Shown here piece by piece: positions 1 to 9,643 of a stretch of DNA of 64,000 nt; position 1 is the stretch's first letter, and the number at the start of each line of letters is the position of its first letter. The position numbers and the translations under genes are program-made. Origin of the DNA: Candidatus Eiseniibacteriota bacterium (GTDB lineage: Bacteria > Eisenbacteria > RBG-16-71-46); contig OY970342.1 of assembly GCA_963717505.1 (NCBI GenBank), positions 2,304,001 to 2,368,000 of the forward strand, in the 5' to 3' direction. The notes under the pieces are model-generated. The model did not search any database. It had not been told where the DNA came from and saw only the letters and a list, made by a program, of their open reading frames with translations.

Positions 1-1337
1 AGGAACGCGCTGGTGTCGCCGCGGCCGGCGTACGCGCCGTTCTTTATGTCCTCCTGGATCCCCTCGAGCAGCTCGTCCTCGAGCCGAGGGGTCATCACGA
101 TGTAGGAGTGGAACGATCCGTCGGGGTTGAGGATCGCGTCCTTGCGATCGCGCGAGTACAGGAACGCGCCGCGCACCGCTCCCAGGCTGGCCTCGACCGC
201 ACCGCCGCGCAGGGCGAATTCCTCGGTGCGCGAGATGTCGGGGTGGACGCCGATCGCGCGCACGCCGAAGCCGAGGCCGGTGCGGCGCGGCATGAAGAAG
301 TCGCTGTTCTCGAGGATCAGCCCCTGGCCGAACGCGGCCGAGTAGCTGCCGAGCACCGCCGAGTGGAGCTGGAACGGACCGAGCGGCGTATCGCGCGGTG
401 GGAGCTTCTCGACTGCGACGTAACCCTTGAGTGTCTCGGTCCAGTCGTCCTCGCCCAGGTTGCGGTGGGCGAGCGCCCCGGCGCGCCAATGCTGGCCGAA
501 GGTCATGCGCAGCTTCTGGGTGGTCGCCGGGTCGGTGGTGTTGAGCGCCAGGCGTCCGGCGTAGGTGTTCTTCTCGAAGTTGCGGAAGGTCTCGAGCTGG
601 TCGTCGGCCAGGCCCTGGGTGTCGCCCAGGATGTTCTCCTCGAGGATGTCGGCGTCGTCGAGCACGTAGGGCGTGTTGTAGAGGCGGAACTGGTAGTCGA
701 GGTTCAGCCGCTGGCGCCCCGCGGGCTCGTCGTAACGCACGAAGTCACGCAGGTTGCGGAAGCCCCAGTAACTCAGCCCCGCCGAGGCGCGGAGCTGGCG
801 CGCGCTCTCGATGGTTCCGGTCTGTCGGCGCTCGCTCAGGATCGCGAGAGCATCGACCGGCGAGACGTTCTGGTAGAAGATCAGATCGAAGTAGCTCATG
901 CGGTTGATGTTGCGCGGATCCTTGATCTGGTCGACGTAGGCGTCGACCAGACCCTCGCTCGCGCCCTCCTCGGCGAGCAGGCGCTGGACCAGGTAGTTGA
1001 GCTCGCCGGCCCGGCGTTCCTCCTCCTCCTGCTCGCGCCGCGCCGTCTCGAACACCGGCGCCACCTCGACTCGCGCGCGGATGAGCTGGAGCAGCTCGGG
1101 CGTCATGCCCGGGACCTGCAGCAGATCGAACAGGCTGTTGAAGTACGCCACGTAGGTGCGGTAGTCGACGACGGCCTCGGACACCTCGCCCGGCAGGCCG
1201 AGCTCGACCAGGTCCTGGACCGAGGCCTCGTTCAGGTCGACGATCGCCAACGAATCCGGGCCGGCCGCGAGTGCCATCGCGGGCATCGAGGTCGCGAAAG
1301 TGCCGGCCAACGCCAGGGCGATCAGGGCCGCGATCAC
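1..1337 (-). CDS. Helix-hairpin-helix (ComEA-like) domain outer-membrane protein, runs off the left edge of the window
   Basis: Not in the ORF track; translated by hand. GTG at 1337 follows a GGAGG RBS. Signal peptide MIAALIALALAG. Two HhH-like modules (VDLNEASVQDLVELGLPGEVSEAVVDYR...LLQVPGM; NINRMSYFDL...AILSERRQTGTIESARQL). Later motif LGSYSAAFGQGLIL resembles Bacteroidota/Chlorobi HhH beta-barrel proteins. Confidence 0.8.
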   Translation of the reverse strand, partial: MIAALIALALAGTFATSMPAMALAAGPDSLAIVDLNEASVQDLVELGLPGEVSEAVVDYRTYVAYFNSLFDLLQVPGMTPELLQLIRARVEVAPVFETARREQEEEERRAGELNYLVQRLLAEEGASEGLVDAYVDQIKDPRNINRMSYFDLIFYQNVSPVDALAILSERRQTGTIESARQLRASAGLSYWGFRNLRDFVRYDEPAGRQRLNLDYQFRLYNTPYVLDDADILEENILGDTQGLADDQLETFRNFEKNTYAGRLALNTTDPATTQKLRMTFGQHWRAGALAHRNLGEDDWTETLKGYVAVEKLPPRDTPLGPFQLHSAVLGSYSAAFGQGLILENSDFFMPRRTGLGFGVRAIGVHPDISRTEEFALRGGAVEASLGAVRGAFLYSRDRKDAILNPDGSFHSYIVMTPRLEDELLEGIQEDIKNGAYAGRGDTSAF

Positions 1338-1347
1338 GGGATACCTC

Positions 1348-2253
1348 CTAGCGCGCCCGCGGCTGCGCGTACCCGACGCCGAAGTGGTGCGTCTCGCCCA
1401 GCACGCCGCCTCCGGTCGAGAAGCCGTAGTCGAGCTGGACTCCCATCCAGCGCAGGCCGACGCCCGCAGTGAACACCGAGGGGTCGGACTTGATTCCAGC
1501 GCGCGCCCACAGGAACTCGGCGAGCTCGAACTCGGTGCCGCCGCGGTACTGCACCGCCTCGCCCAGCTCGTTGGCGATCTCGAGCACGGTCTCGACTCCG
1601 GGGTAGGGGGCGTAGGAAATGCCGGCCGCGACCCGGCGGCGCAGCTCTTCCTTGTCGCGATCGCCGATGGTCGGGTTGTTGAAGTTGAGCGCATGGAAGC
1701 CGATGCGGGTGCGCTCGCGCACCACCGCCACCGCGCCGACGCTGAGGCCGAACGTGGTCGCGCTGCCGGGATCGATCCCGGTCACCGACCGGCCGAAGTC
1801 GAGGCTGTAGAAGTCGACTGCCCAGCCGACCGCCAGCTCGCTCTGGCGGTCGCGGAGGATGTGGACACCGTGTGCGATTCCGAACGTGGTCTCCTGCTCC
1901 AGCGACTCGCCCAGGTATTCGACGCCGAAGGCGCGCACGCCGGCGCCGAGCCCGCCCCAACGCTCGGGCAGCGCCATGGCGCCGGCCGCAGTGCTCTGCG
2001 AGGAGAAGTCGTAGCCGAACGGGCGGACCGTCGAGGCTCCGGCCTGGATACGTCCCGCCCAGGCGAGCGAGGCCGGGTTGTGGAACACGGCGTAGGCATC
2101 GTCGCGCAACGCGGTCCAGGCGCCGCCCATGGCCCGCGCGCGCGGCGAGACCTCGATGTCCTCGAACGCTGCTCGAGCGGTAGCGGGCGTGCCGGCGCCG
2201 GCGGCAATCAGAACCGCGAGGAAGGTCGCGCAACGGAATCCGGAGCGGGCCAT
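1348..2253 (-). CDS. PorV/PorQ-like outer-membrane beta-barrel protein
   Basis: ATG 2253 after a GGAGGAG RBS. Signal peptide, then the SPRARAMGGAWTALRDDAYAVFHNPASLA motif of FadL/PorV-like barrels. Ends with VQLDYGF...THHFGVGY strands. Confidence 0.8.
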   Translation of the reverse strand: MARSGFRCATFLAVLIAAGAGTPATARAAFEDIEVSPRARAMGGAWTALRDDAYAVFHNPASLAWAGRIQAGASTVRPFGYDFSSQSTAAGAMALPERWGGLGAGVRAFGVEYLGESLEQETTFGIAHGVHILRDRQSELAVGWAVDFYSLDFGRSVTGIDPGSATTFGLSVGAVAVVRERTRIGFHALNFNNPTIGDRDKEELRRRVAAGISYAPYPGVETVLEIANELGEAVQYRGGTEFELAEFLWARAGIKSDPSVFTAGVGLRWMGVQLDYGFSTGGGVLGETHHFGVGYAQPRAR

Positions 2254-2261
2254 GACTCCTC

Positions 2262-5060
2262 CTACTGGAGCCGCACCGCGACCACGATCGGGGCGCGGTC
2301 CCGGCTGACGTTGCCGGTGTTGTCGGTGGACTCGACGTGACAGATGTAGAGCCCGGCGGGAACGAACTCGAAGGTCTCGTCGCGCGCGTCCCAGGTCAGG
2401 ACGCGGCTCGAGTTGCCGGTCAGCCGGCCATCGAACAGCACCTTCACCAGCCGGCCCTGAACGTCGAAGATCCGGCACACGACCCGGGTGTCGAGGACCG
2501 CGGTGATCGTGATCGGGAACACCTCGCCGATGCCGCTCAAGTTCCTGACCAGGGTCACCGGCGGCACCGACAGGCGCGCTTCGGTCGGCGGCGCGGGCGC
2601 GGGGGTGAAGGTCACGGTCGAGGCCGGCAGGATGACGTTGCCCGCCAGGTCGCGGACATTCGAGACTTCGACTGCGTACGAGGTGGCCGCGGCCAGTGCC
2701 GACGCCAGGCTCAAGGTCACCGCCGCGCCGCCGGTCGCGAGGGTCGCCCCGGTCACCGCGATCGGGCTGCCGGGGCTCGCGACTGGGTAGACCCGGTAGT
2801 TGGAGGTCTGGGTCGCGTCACCGGCCTGCACCGGCTCGGAGAAGTTGAGCTCCAGGGTGCTCGCACCGGCGATGCCGGATGCGGCGCCCAGGGTCGGGGG
2901 CTCGAGGTCCGGCCCAGTGCTCTTGAAGAAGTCGGTGGCGTTGCCGACGTTGATCTGGAACGTCGTCTGGAACGCGCCGCCCGCACCGCGCCCTGTGACC
3001 CGATCGCCGATCGTGAACGACGACGGTTGGATGCCGAGCCCGTTCCCGACCCGGAACGTGATGTTCGAACCGGCGTCGGTGGCGTCGTAGTTGTAGTTGC
3101 TGGCGCCGGACGCCGTGATCGCCGTCAGGGTCGCCGCCGTCTGGATGAAGGTGCCTTCCCACTGCGACGAGTTGGCCTGGACGACGCTGAGGATGCGCGG
3201 CCCGAGGTGCGGCTGCCCGGTGGCGATCGCCGCCGACGAGAACCCGGTGATCTCGACCGTGGTGAAGAACAGCTCGACCAGGCCGTTCACGCGCACCACG
3301 TTGCCGAGCGCATTGACTGCAGCCTGGATCGAGCCGCCGAACACGTTGATCCCGCGCCCCGAGCCGTCCTGGATGTAGCCGCTCGGCGTGCCACCCCGGC
3401 TGCCGACTGGAATGAAAACCTGGCCGACGACCGTGACGTTCTGACTGGTGTAGCCGGCGAGGTTCGCGTGGATGTCGGCGATGTTGACCACCGTGCCCGC
3501 CACCGTCGTCATGCCGAAGGGACCGCCCGAGGCCAGAGCCTCGCCGGTCGCACTGGTGACGCCGCCGACCGTGAGCTGGTAGGTCGTGGTCTGCGGCAGG
3601 GGTGAGGCGGTTTCTAGGATCGCGGTCTGCCCGTTCTCCTGGACGGTCGCCCCGGTGAGTGTGAGCGGCGGCGAGAACGAGTAGTTCGCGATCTGGACCG
3701 CCTGCGCGGCGTTCACCCGCTGGCTGAACGCGACCCCGACGTAGTCGGCGCCGAACTGGAAGACGCCGCGCACCTCGAACGCGGCCCCCGCCGCCGTGAA
3801 CGCGACCGTCGAGCCGGCCAGAATGACGTTGCCGGCGACGTCGGCGACGTTGCTGACCGCGACGGTGTAGGCGGTCGAGGCGGTGAGCGGGCTCGCGAGC
3901 GTCAGCGTGACCACGGCACCGCTGACCGCGGCGTTGGTCACCGCGATCGGGCTCCCGGGGGTCGCGGTCGGATAGACGGTGTAGTTGGCCGCGGTCGACG
4001 CCCCGGTCCCGACCGGCTCGCTGAAGGTGACGGTGATCTGCGACGTGCCGCCCTGGCCGCTCGCCGAAAGCAGCGTCGGCGGGGTGGTGTCGCCGACCGG
4101 TGCGCTTTCGTAGAAGTCGGCGGCGTTGCCGACCAGGATCTCGTAGGTCGTCCCGATCACCGCGCCCGCGCCGGCGCCGGTGACGACATCGTTGGCAGCG
4201 ACCGGCGCGGGATTGAGTCCGGTGGCGTTGCGCACGCGGTAGATGAACGGAATCGAGCCGTCGATCGCCGGGTAGTTGTAGTTGCTGGAGCCCGAGGCCG
4301 TCCCGGCCGCGGTGAGCGTGGCCGTGGTCTGGATGTAGGTGCCTTCCCACTGGGAGGAACTGGCCTGGGCGACGGTGAGCACCTTGGGCGCCAGGTGGGG
4401 TTGGCTCGCGGCCAGCTGGGTCGCGGTGTAGGCGGTCACTTCGACCGTCGCGAAGAACAGATCCGCGGTGCCGGTGGCCTTGACCACGCTGCCGAGCACA
4501 TCGGTGACCGGCTGGAGGGTGCCGCCGAACAGGTTGAGGCCGCGGCCGGTGCCGTCCTGGATGTAGGCGCTCGGCGTCGAGCCGCCGCTCGAAGCGGTCA
4601 GGAATACCTGGCCGATGACCGTGATGGTCGTTCCGTCGAGTGAGCCGATGTTGGCGTGGACCTGGTCGATTCCGAGCACGGTTTCGGCCACCGTGGTGAA
4701 CGTGGTGGGTCCGCCGGGCACCAGCGGATCACCGTCGTTGCTGGTGACCCCGCTGACCGCCACCTGATACGTGGCGCTCGCCGGCAGTGGGGCCGAAGCG
4801 ACGAGGAACACAGTGCGGTGATTGTCCTGGAGTGCCGCCGACTGCAGCGTGATCGCCGGCGCGCCACCCTGAGGCGTGATCGTGTAGCGCGCGATCTCGA
4901 CCGCCAGACTTGCGTTGACCGAGTCCGAGTAAGCGACGCCGATGTGCCCCGGCCCGAACTGGAACAGGCCCTGAACTTCGAACGCGCTGGCCGGCGCCGC
5001 GGCGGCGAGAGTCGCGAGCAGTGCGACGAACGTAGACCGCCGGCGGCGGGACGCGAGCAT
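2262..5060 (-). CDS. Secreted protein with tandem Ig-like (SbsA/Big_5-like) and OB-fold modules and a C-terminal FlgD-Ig/T9SS-like domain
   Basis: ATG 5060 after GGAGG. Signal peptide. DTTPPTLLSA...ITVTFSEPV...YTVAVSNVADVAGN Ig motifs and YIQDGTGRGLNLF OB-fold motifs. C-terminal RIFDVQGRLVKVLFDG...LTWDARDE...VPAGLYIC. Confidence 0.8.
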   Translation of the reverse strand: MLASRRRRSTFVALLATLAAAAPASAFEVQGLFQFGPGHIGVAYSDSVNASLAVEIARYTITPQGGAPAITLQSAALQDNHRTVFLVASAPLPASATYQVAVSGVTSNDGDPLVPGGPTTFTTVAETVLGIDQVHANIGSLDGTTITVIGQVFLTASSGGSTPSAYIQDGTGRGLNLFGGTLQPVTDVLGSVVKATGTADLFFATVEVTAYTATQLAASQPHLAPKVLTVAQASSSQWEGTYIQTTATLTAAGTASGSSNYNYPAIDGSIPFIYRVRNATGLNPAPVAANDVVTGAGAGAVIGTTYEILVGNAADFYESAPVGDTTPPTLLSASGQGGTSQITVTFSEPVGTGASTAANYTVYPTATPGSPIAVTNAAVSGAVVTLTLASPLTASTAYTVAVSNVADVAGNVILAGSTVAFTAAGAAFEVRGVFQFGADYVGVAFSQRVNAAQAVQIANYSFSPPLTLTGATVQENGQTAILETASPLPQTTTYQLTVGGVTSATGEALASGGPFGMTTVAGTVVNIADIHANLAGYTSQNVTVVGQVFIPVGSRGGTPSGYIQDGSGRGINVFGGSIQAAVNALGNVVRVNGLVELFFTTVEITGFSSAAIATGQPHLGPRILSVVQANSSQWEGTFIQTAATLTAITASGASNYNYDATDAGSNITFRVGNGLGIQPSSFTIGDRVTGRGAGGAFQTTFQINVGNATDFFKSTGPDLEPPTLGAASGIAGASTLELNFSEPVQAGDATQTSNYRVYPVASPGSPIAVTGATLATGGAAVTLSLASALAAATSYAVEVSNVRDLAGNVILPASTVTFTPAPAPPTEARLSVPPVTLVRNLSGIGEVFPITITAVLDTRVVCRIFDVQGRLVKVLFDGRLTGNSSRVLTWDARDETFEFVPAGLYICHVESTDNTGNVSRDRAPIVVAVRLQ
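2600..4982 (-). repeat. Internal tandem duplication of about 401 codons within the Ig/OB protein
   Basis: FEVQGLFQFG starts at 4982 and FEVRGVFQFG at 3779 (period 1203 nt). Both halves share STPSAYIQDGTGRG/GTPSGYIQDGSGRG, SSQWEGTYIQT/SSQWEGTFIQT and PGSPIAVT. Confidence 0.9.
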
Positions 5061-5496
5061 GAGGCCCTCCAGGCACGAGTGCGGTGCAGGCTTCTGCCCG
5101 CGCGTCTCTCGCACGGCTCGTGCCTAGGCGTCGCAGGGATCGCCGTCCCGGCCGATCTCGGCCAGGAGCAAGCGGTTCACCGGATCCACCGTGGTACACG
5201 CGTGCCGGCCGGCGGGGAGGGGCGCTCAACGAACCCGCCGGAATGACAGTGCCCCCTGACACAACGGACATGCGCACCGACTGCCGCAGGCACGAACCGG
5301 TTCACCCCGCATTCGATCGCGCGCGGCAAGGAGCCAGCCGACAGCGACTTCCGATGTCGGGTTCGCACGCGATGGCTTCGAGACCGTCCCCCCGGCCATG
5401 GCATGCGCGATGCGTGAATGAGCGAGACCCGGCAGTCACGCCGGGACGTTCGCACCGCGCCGCTCCAGGGCGGTGTGCCACGAAGGAGGTGTCCTC

Positions 5497-7440
5497 ATGA
5501 GTACCCGCCCCCGCCGCCGTCCACGTTCCATGCGCACGGTATTCCCGCCGTGGATTGTGCCGCTGGTCGTCCTGGCCGGGCTGCTCGCAGCCGTCCCGGG
5601 CCCGGCCGGTGCCCAGATCCAAATCAACGAACTTCGCGTCGATCAGTCAGGCACGGACAACGACGAGTACTTCGAGCTCAAGGGTCCGCCCAACACGCCG
5701 CTGACCGGCTACACGCTGCTGGTGATCGGCGATGGCACCGGCACCGCGTGCGGAACCATCGAAGCCGTCGTCGACCTAGGCCCCTACTCGATCCAGGCCG
5801 ATGGCTTCTTCGCCGGCGCCGAGCCGACGATCACGCTCGGCGGGATCGACCACATCTACACGGGCACCAACGCCCTGAACTTCGAGAACACCGACAATGT
5901 GACCTACCTGGTGGTCACCGGCTTCAGCGGAGCGCTCAACGGTGACATCGATACCAATGACGATGGCGTGATCGACAACGCACCCTGGACGACTCTGGTG
6001 GACGCGGTTGCGCTCGTGGGGCCGCCCGCGACGGTCAATTGCACAACCGGACCCGAGTACGTCTACACCACCACCACCGTCGGACCCGATGGCGCGGCCC
6101 CGCCCTTCTACGTGTTCCGCTGCGGCGACACCAACCTCTGGCGGGTTGGCGACGCGACCCTGGGGTCCAACGACACCCCCGGCGCCGCAAATCAGTCGTG
6201 CGCGGCTCCGTCCCCCGACATCCAGGACGAAGCCCGCAACCCATGCGTCCCGGGTCTCAATGCCGCGACGACCGCAACCGTAAAGGTGCGGCTGGCCACG
6301 AGCGCCAATCTACACTGGCGGGTCAACGGTGGCGCCGAAACCGTGGTCGCCATGACCGTGGACCACTCCGTGGGCGACACGACCTGGTTCGTGGGCACCA
6401 TCCCCGGACAGCCCAACAACGCTGCCCGGGTCGAGTACTACGTGATCGCCAGCAACGCCAACGGCAGCGACCAGGGCTTCAGCCAGGGTTACTTCGTCGG
6501 CACGACCCCGATCGGCAGCCTGCGCGTCAACGACGCCGATGGACTCAATGTCTACCGATTCTATGGCGCGCGCGTGCGCGGCAATGTCACGGCACCGCCC
6601 GGCGTGTTCAGCGCCGCGAACATGGACTTCTACATGCAGGACGCCACCGGCGGCATCAACGTGTTCCAGTTCGGCCCGCACCCCGAACAACCGCAACTCG
6701 GCGATGACATCACGGTGACGTCTTCGCTCATCCAGTTCAACGGCAAGCTGGAAATCGGGCCGGACGGGCCGTGCAACCTCCTCGACATCCAGGTCCACGG
6801 GCCGGGCACGCCGCCGCCGCCGATCCGGGTCAACGCCTGCACGCCGCCCGAGAGCTACGAGGGCAAGCTGGTCAAGATGTTCCATCTGACGCTGGCCACG
6901 GGCGCGGATCTCGCGTGGGTCAGCAATCGCAACTACCGCGGGACCAACTGCACGCCCTACGATTCGGCGACCGTGTTCATCGACGGCGATACCAACATCG
7001 ACGGCGCACCGATCACGGGCAACTACGTCGACGTGGTCGGGATCGGCAGTCAGTTCGATACCACGTTCCCGCTCACCGCGTTCTACGAGGTCATTCCTCG
7101 GGGCCTGGCGGACATCACTTATCTCGATCCGCTGAGCGTGGACGACGGGCCGGCGGCGGGCGGGTTGTGGCTCGGTCCGACCGTGCCGAATCCAGTCCAC
7201 CGGACGGCGGACATTCTCTACCGGATCCCGGGTTCGTCGGGTCAGGGGGTGCGGGTGAGGATCCAGGTGGTCGATGTCCAGGGGCGTTCGATCGCAACCG
7301 TGTTCGATGGCGTTCAGCCGCCGGGCGAGCACCACGTCACGCTCGATCGACGCGCGCTCTCCGGAACCGCAGGGGCGGTGCACTTCCTGCGGCTGGAAGT
7401 CGGGGGTGAGTCTGTGGTCCGGAAGCTGGTGTATCGCTAG
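5497..7440 (+). CDS. Secreted protein with lamin-tail-like N-domain, OB-fold domains and T9SS-like C-terminal domain
   Basis: ATG after AAGGAGG. Signal peptide. QIQINELRVDQSGTDNDEYFELKG (LTD-like) and FYMQDATGGINVF (OB-fold). C-terminal LGPTVPNP...IQVVDVQGRSIATVFDG...HFLRLE...RKLV. Confidence 0.8.
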   Translation: MSTRPRRRPRSMRTVFPPWIVPLVVLAGLLAAVPGPAGAQIQINELRVDQSGTDNDEYFELKGPPNTPLTGYTLLVIGDGTGTACGTIEAVVDLGPYSIQADGFFAGAEPTITLGGIDHIYTGTNALNFENTDNVTYLVVTGFSGALNGDIDTNDDGVIDNAPWTTLVDAVALVGPPATVNCTTGPEYVYTTTTVGPDGAAPPFYVFRCGDTNLWRVGDATLGSNDTPGAANQSCAAPSPDIQDEARNPCVPGLNAATTATVKVRLATSANLHWRVNGGAETVVAMTVDHSVGDTTWFVGTIPGQPNNAARVEYYVIASNANGSDQGFSQGYFVGTTPIGSLRVNDADGLNVYRFYGARVRGNVTAPPGVFSAANMDFYMQDATGGINVFQFGPHPEQPQLGDDITVTSSLIQFNGKLEIGPDGPCNLLDIQVHGPGTPPPPIRVNACTPPESYEGKLVKMFHLTLATGADLAWVSNRNYRGTNCTPYDSATVFIDGDTNIDGAPITGNYVDVVGIGSQFDTTFPLTAFYEVIPRGLADITYLDPLSVDDGPAAGGLWLGPTVPNPVHRTADILYRIPGSSGQGVRVRIQVVDVQGRSIATVFDGVQPPGEHHVTLDRRALSGTAGAVHFLRLEVGGESVVRKLVYR

Positions 7441-7478
7441 ACCACGCTCCAGGGCCAACCCGGAGAGGGGAGCGGAAC

Positions 7479-7661
7479 ATGAAAGACACTCGCGTGATGA
7501 TCGAGAGCCGGTGGCCCCCGCCGCCTAGCGAAGTTCCGCCCCCTCAGCCGCTGGAGGTGCCGGCCCCGACGCCACGGGTGCCGGCGCCTCCGCCCGAAAC
7601 GCCACCGCCGCCGAGCGAGGTGCCGCCGCCGCCGACGCCGGAGGTGTCCGAGCGGCGGTAG
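7479..7661 (+). CDS. Small proline-rich hypothetical protein
   Basis: GA-rich RBS-like stretch upstream. 60 aa containing PPPPSEVPPP twice. Fills an intergenic gap. Confidence 0.45.
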   Translation: MKDTRVMIESRWPPPPSEVPPPQPLEVPAPTPRVPAPPPETPPPPSEVPPPPTPEVSERR

Positions 7662-7676
7662 AACTGCCGGGATGAC

Positions 7677-8393
7677 TCAGGTCGTGCCCGGCGTTTCGCT
7701 TCCGAAGGTTGTCGCGCCCCTGCGCCAGCGAGGCGTTCCGCCGTCGAGCAGCTCGGCCACGGTCACGGCGCGGAGCCCCGCCGCCGACGCATGACGCAGG
7801 ATCGGCTCGAGTGCCGCGATCGTCTGGCTGCGATCCGCGGGGCCGAGCGGGCTGCCGTCGTGCAGGATCGCGATCGAGCCGGGGCCGAGGCGCGTGACGA
7901 CGCGTTTCACGATGCGTTCGACCCCGGGTCGATACGGGTCCTCGGGATAGACGTCACCGAGCACCGGCTCGACGCCGAGCCCGCGCACGAACGCGGCCTG
8001 CCCGGGCATCATGAAACCGAACGCCGGCCGGTAGAACCGAGGCCTTGGGCCGCCCGCCGCCACCACGGCAGCGATGGAGCGCAGGACCTCGCGCCGGATT
8101 CCACCCGGGGGCAGCAGCGGCAGCGGCAGGTGAAGGTCGCCGTGCGCCGCGATCTCGTGACCTTCGTCGACCATGCGGCGAATGAGCTCGGGGGCGCGCC
8201 GCACGTTGGCGGCGAGCGTGAAGAACGTCGCCCGCGCGCCATGCCGGGAGAGCAGGTCGAGGATGAGCGGTGTGGCGTCGCGGCTCGGACCATCGTCGAA
8301 GGTCAGGGCAAAGCGATCGGAAGCACCTGGCACGCGGCACAGCAGATGGCCCCGCGCCCAGCTCGAGAACATCCTGGTGTGGAGAAGCGTCAT
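7677..8393 (-). CDS. Polysaccharide deacetylase (NodB/CE4 family)
   Basis: FALTFDDGPS, HEIAAHGDLH, FYRPAFG and IAILHDG motifs. ATG 8393 overlaps the upstream stop (ATGA). Confidence 0.9.
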   Translation of the reverse strand: MTLLHTRMFSSWARGHLLCRVPGASDRFALTFDDGPSRDATPLILDLLSRHGARATFFTLAANVRRAPELIRRMVDEGHEIAAHGDLHLPLPLLPPGGIRREVLRSIAAVVAAGGPRPRFYRPAFGFMMPGQAAFVRGLGVEPVLGDVYPEDPYRPGVERIVKRVVTRLGPGSIAILHDGSPLGPADRSQTIAALEPILRHASAAGLRAVTVAELLDGGTPRWRRGATTFGSETPGTT

Positions 8394-9547
8394 CCCGGTC
8401 CACCGTCCCGGCCGAGAGGCGCGACCGCGGCGCGCTGCCTGTCGATCGCGCGGCAGGCTACGACGCCCAGCACCGGGGCCAGTAGCGGGACTACATACCA
8501 CGCGCCGCCGCCCAGCGCTCGCGCCAACGCCGCCAGGGCACCGTACCAGAGCGGCAGCAGGACCACGCCCGAGAGGATGCGGGTGAAGGCGATGCGCTGA
8601 GGCTCGTTGCCGAACCTGCGCGCCACCCCCTCGATGGCGATCAGCGGAAGGGCGTTGACGGCGGCGCCGCCCGCAACCACCAGGCTGGTGAGCGTGCGCG
8701 CGGGGTCACGGGGTCCCGGCGCTCCCGCGTCGCTGGTCGGCGTGCGGGCGTGACCGGCCGCTGCGGTCAGCGCCGACTCGAGGCCCTGCGCCATCGTTCG
8801 TGTCAGCGCGTGCGCGGCGTCGTCCGGATCATCCATCGTGGGCTCGAGGGGGATGGGCTCGCCCACGGCGACATCGACCCGCGAGCGAAACGCGGTGCGA
8901 TCCTCGTAGTAGATTGCGACCGGAATCAACACCGGCGGTTCCGCGCAAGTGGCCCACGCCTCGAGGGCGAGCCGCGCCGCCCCGGTCTTGAGTGGTCCCA
9001 CGTTGCGGTCGTCTCCGCTCACGCCCTCGGGGAAGAACGCAATCACTTCACCGCGCCGGAATAGTGCGTGACCGCGATCGAACGTGCGTCGATTGAGTTC
9101 GATGCTCGCCGGACCCTCGTGGCGGAAGCGCAGCGGCATTGCCGCGAAAAGCTTCATCGCCAGTCCGCGAATCCACGGGCGGAACAGCGTTTCGTGGGCG
9201 ACGAAGTGAAGCTTGCGGCGCAGGGCCACGTCGAGGACGACGACGTCCGTCCACGCCGCGGGGTGGTTGGCCACCACCAGGACCGCGCCACGCCGCGGGA
9301 ACCGCTCGTCGCCGATCACAGCCAGCCGGCGAAAGTACACGCCCGCGGCGAGGTCCATCATCGACTGGGCGCCGGCGTAGGCGACCGCGACCAGGCTTCG
9401 CCCGATCCGCCGCGTCCACGAGCGATCCGGCAGCGACCATGACCTTCTGTCACTCGGCCTGCCGTTCCTGCGACCCCGATCGACCGAGGAGGCCGCCGGC
9501 GCGGAGCCCCCGGCCCCGCCCAATGCCCGCTTACGCATGGGAATCAT
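8390..9547 (-). CDS. Lysophospholipid/glycerol acyltransferase (PlsC family) with C-terminal membrane segment
   Basis: ANHPAAWTD (HxxxxD), FFPEG and KTGAARLAL motifs. ATG 9547 follows GGAGG. The N-terminal part of track ORF 8390..10651 is antisense shadow. Confidence 0.85.
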   Translation of the reverse strand: MIPMRKRALGGAGGSAPAASSVDRGRRNGRPSDRRSWSLPDRSWTRRIGRSLVAVAYAGAQSMMDLAAGVYFRRLAVIGDERFPRRGAVLVVANHPAAWTDVVVLDVALRRKLHFVAHETLFRPWIRGLAMKLFAAMPLRFRHEGPASIELNRRTFDRGHALFRRGEVIAFFPEGVSGDDRNVGPLKTGAARLALEAWATCAEPPVLIPVAIYYEDRTAFRSRVDVAVGEPIPLEPTMDDPDDAAHALTRTMAQGLESALTAAAGHARTPTSDAGAPGPRDPARTLTSLVVAGGAAVNALPLIAIEGVARRFGNEPQRIAFTRILSGVVLLPLWYGALAALARALGGGAWYVVPLLAPVLGVVACRAIDRQRAAVAPLGRDGGPG

Positions 9548-9643
9548 GGTGTTGCCGACCTCCGGCCCCCTCCGGTCCCGGAGAGGTCCAGGGATAGACT
9601 CGGCATGAGTCGTGCCTGAAGAGACTCCGGAAGCACCGATCAA

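Noticed and set aside
108-1472. 454-aa plus-strand ORF from the track
   Set aside because: Antisense shadow of the minus-strand HhH gene, which has an RBS, signal peptide and family motifs.
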